DNA of 46,569 nt from NCBI GenBank assembly GCA_016198275.1, contig JACQIX010000025.1, positions 1 to 46,569 on the forward strand, read 5' to 3'. Positions 44,007-46,569 of the stretch are shown here, in pieces; the stretch's first letter is position 1; every line of letters starts with the position of its first letter. The position numbers were made by a program, and so were the translations under genes. The notes beneath the pieces were generated by a model that was not told the origin of the DNA, did no database searches, and saw only the letters and a program-made list of their open reading frames with translations. The DNA comes from Candidatus Daviesbacteria bacterium (GTDB taxonomy: Bacteria; Patescibacteriota; Microgenomatia; Daviesbacterales; UBA10151).

Positions 44007-44561
44007 ATGGATCCAGTATTGACTCAACCAAGTGAAAAGATAGAACAAGCCCTGCATCATTTTAAAGTGGAAATTGCCGGTATTAGAGCAGGCAGAGCAA
44101 ATCCTGCTTTAATAGAAAATATTATGGTTTTGGCATATGGAGGCAAAATGAAACTGATTGAATTGGGAAACATCTCAGTTCCTCAGCCTACTCTTTTAAC
44201 AATTCAAGTTTGGGACAGCCAAATTTTGCAAAATGTCATCAAGGGCATATATGACGCAAATTTAGGCTTAAATCCTTCCAATGAGGGAAATTTGATCAGA
44301 TTACCTATTCCCCCTCTGACTGCAGAAAGAAGAGAGGAATTTATTAAAATCCTGCATCAAAAAATGGAAGAGGTTAGAGTTGCTATCAGGCAAATAAGGC
44401 AGGATTTTAGGCAAGATTGGAAAAAAGCCTCAGATGGAGGAGAATTTGGAGAGGATGAGTTTTTCAGAAGAGAGAAGTTATTACAAGAATTGGTGGATAA
44501 AAATATGACGGAGATTGAAAGTTTAGGAAGGGTAAAGGAGGAAGAGTTAAAAGAGATTTAA
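44007..44561 (+). CDS. frr: Ribosome recycling factor (probable start 44007)
   Basis: IRAGRANP, LGLNP, IPPLTAERR, AIRQIR. Confidence 0.95.
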   Translation: MDPVLTQPSEKIEQALHHFKVEIAGIRAGRANPALIENIMVLAYGGKMKLIELGNISVPQPTLLTIQVWDSQILQNVIKGIYDANLGLNPSNEGNLIRLPIPPLTAERREEFIKILHQKMEEVRVAIRQIRQDFRQDWKKASDGGEFGEDEFFRREKLLQELVDKNMTEIESLGRVKEEELKEI

Positions 44562-44562
44562 G

Positions 44563-45645
44563 ATGTTCATAAGTATTTTAATCTTCATTTTTACTTTATT
44601 AGTTTTAGTTTTAATTCATGAACTGGGTCATTTTTTAATGGCCAAAAGATTTGGTATTAAGGTGGAAGAATTCGGATTCGGTATCCCCCCTAAGGTTTTT
44701 GGTAAAAAAATTGGCGAGACAATTTATTCAATCAATGCCCTCCCCTTGGGTGGATTTGTCAGGCTTTTGGGGGAGGACGAAGTTGGTAGTTCGAAAAGCA
44801 GCCGTGATTTTAGGGCCAAAAGTGTGTATCAGAGAATAATGGTAGTTGTGGCCGGGGTAGTTATGAATCTTTTTTTGGCATGGGTTATTTTTTATTCAGT
44901 TTTAATTTACCAGGACTTTAAAATTGTTTATCCGACTTTGGAACCGGCTGTTTTTATCGGATATTTGGAAAAAGATTTCCCGGCTGCAAAGGCGGGTATA
45001 AAAGTGGGAGACAGAATATTAAAAGTAGACAATAAAAGTATTAAAAATTTTGAGGATGCCAGAAATTTTATAAAAGAAAAAAAAGGAGAACATGTTGCAT
45101 TGGAAGTTTCGGATATAGATGGCAGAAACATAAGAATTTTGTCGGTTACTCCAAAAAAAGTTGAAGAAGATGACTTTTTAATTGGAGTAGGATTTAGTCC
45201 TCTGGCAATTAAGCAGTATGAGACTTTCCCTCAAAAAATATTCTCCGGCGTTACTTATTCTTTTGATCTGACTAAAGTTACTTTCCTGGGATTTAATAAG
45301 CTTATCAAAGACTTGACTGGTGGTGATTTCAAAACAGCTTCCCAATCTGTCAGCGGGCCTGTGGGACTGGCCAGCGTCAGCAATGATATTTTAAGTGGCG
45401 GAAAACAAGTTTTGCCCTTTTATTTTTGGTTCATCGGAGTTATTTCACTGACATTATCTATTTTTAATGTCTTGCCTATTCCTGCTTTGGATGGGGGGAG
45501 ATTATTATTTTTAATCATAGAAGCAGTCAGCCGTAAAAAGATCAGAGAAGATATTGAAAGAAAAGTTCATCAAATCGGCTTTGCCCTGCTACTATTTTTA
45601 GCGCTACTTATTACTTATTCCGATATCAGCAAATTAATTCGCTAA
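44563..45645 (+). CDS. rseP: RIP metalloprotease RseP with PDZ domain
   Basis: HELGH, PLGGFV, AGVVMN, PAAKAGIKVGDRI PDZ, NVLPIPALDGG. Confidence 0.93.
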   Translation: MFISILIFIFTLLVLVLIHELGHFLMAKRFGIKVEEFGFGIPPKVFGKKIGETIYSINALPLGGFVRLLGEDEVGSSKSSRDFRAKSVYQRIMVVVAGVVMNLFLAWVIFYSVLIYQDFKIVYPTLEPAVFIGYLEKDFPAAKAGIKVGDRILKVDNKSIKNFEDARNFIKEKKGEHVALEVSDIDGRNIRILSVTPKKVEEDDFLIGVGFSPLAIKQYETFPQKIFSGVTYSFDLTKVTFLGFNKLIKDLTGGDFKTASQSVSGPVGLASVSNDILSGGKQVLPFYFWFIGVISLTLSIFNVLPIPALDGGRLLFLIIEAVSRKKIREDIERKVHQIGFALLLFLALLITYSDISKLIR

Positions 45646-45679
45646 TTTTTCCTTCTGTAGTATATACTAAATACATACT

Positions 45680-46564
45680 ATGGTTAGAATTTTTAGCATA
45701 ATTATTTTAAGTTTGTCTATCCTGCTTTTTCCTCCAGCCACCCTGGCAGTAATTTCCAATAATAGTGTTCCAGGTGATGCTACCTACCCTCTTAAAAGAG
45801 GATTAGAAGATATGATATTTGCTGTAGCTTCCATAAATCCTACCACCAAAGCTTGGTTTGCTGCAGCCAGATCTGACAGAAGATTTAAGGAATTGGGTGT
45901 TTTGATAACACGGGGTAAAAAAGTGGGAGAGACTTTAAATGAGTTAGTTGAACAAACTCAAATAGCTGCTGACCAGATCAGCCAAGTTGATGATCAGTCT
46001 CAAAAAGAAAAGTTAGTTCAACAACTTTCCCAATCAATCCAAAAGTATGATCAGGCTTTACAACGGTTTTCCCCAACCACATCCAGCCAACCCCCTGCTT
46101 CTCAGCCAACAATCACAGTTACTCCTTTACCTCAAAGTCAAAATCCGCCTAAATTAACTAAACCTTCTTCTACTGCAGCTCCTATCCCTAGACCAAGTCT
46201 AAGACCAATCTCCACTCCTACTCCCGCTCCGCCGGAGCTGGTTACTCAGCCTCCACAGCCAACTGTAACACCAGCTCCAAGTCAGACTGTAATTCCTTCA
46301 ATCCGGCCTAATACCATTCCCGTTCCTCATAGAGACGAAGAGGATTATAGGAAAAAAGAGAAAGAAATAGAAGAAGCCAGGAAGAGACTTGAAGAAATAA
46401 AAAACCGCTTGGAGGAAAAACAAAGAAAGCAAGAAGAAGACCATCGAGATAAACAGGAGAATCAGCCTAAATTTCAAGAATACAAGAAACAGCCAAAACC
46501 TGAAAAAAGAGAAGATAGTGAAGAAGTAGAGGTTAAAAAAGGTAACAGACGGAGTAAAGATTAA
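45680..46564 (+). CDS. Exported DUF5667-like protein with Pro/Thr stalk and charged tail
   Basis: Signal/TM, SVPGDATYPLKRGLE...RRFKE motif, P/T-rich linker, E/K-rich coil. Confidence 0.7.
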   Translation: MVRIFSIIILSLSILLFPPATLAVISNNSVPGDATYPLKRGLEDMIFAVASINPTTKAWFAAARSDRRFKELGVLITRGKKVGETLNELVEQTQIAADQISQVDDQSQKEKLVQQLSQSIQKYDQALQRFSPTTSSQPPASQPTITVTPLPQSQNPPKLTKPSSTAAPIPRPSLRPISTPTPAPPELVTQPPQPTVTPAPSQTVIPSIRPNTIPVPHRDEEDYRKKEKEIEEARKRLEEIKNRLEEKQRKQEEDHRDKQENQPKFQEYKKQPKPEKREDSEEVEVKKGNRRSKD

Positions 46565-46569
46565 AACCT

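Overview
AT-rich, gene-dense bacterial chromosome segment in the standard code (TGA ends several genes). Gene content and style suggest a Patescibacteria/CPR genome, probably Microgenomates (inference): short EF-Ts, reduced rpsB-tsf-frr-rseP cluster, Pro/Thr-stalk surface proteins, paralogues ending FDQILSTFKF, few Shine-Dalgarno sites. Core genes are rpmB, def/fmt, mreB...mreCD-mrdA, dprA, topA, pyrG, tmk, dcd, thyA, folA, rpsB, tsf, frr and rseP. It also carries a DapL-type lysine operon without dapF and a partial pyrimidine cluster (pyrD, pyrF-pyrE-pyrC, no pyrB/carAB), which is notable for CPR. Structure not explained by the gene list: (1) a frameshifted stand-alone GIY-YIG nuclease bracketed by GTCATTCTGG...CCAGAATC hairpin repeats, which also follow two paralogous surface-protein genes; (2) GC-rich REP-like palindromes read in frame inside fmt, pyrC, topA, thyA, folA and a glycosyl-ligase gene; (3) degenerate 7-bp tandem arrays inside and between genes; (4) a membrane-anchored Clp/Hsp100 ATPase lacking both aromatic pore loops, in a four-gene block between dprA and topA; (5) stand-alone alpha-CTD-like and sigma-region-4 genes; (6) apparently widespread leaderless transcription. 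No rRNA, tRNA, CRISPR array, integrase or transposase was recognised. All calls come from motif recognition by eye; no searches were run.
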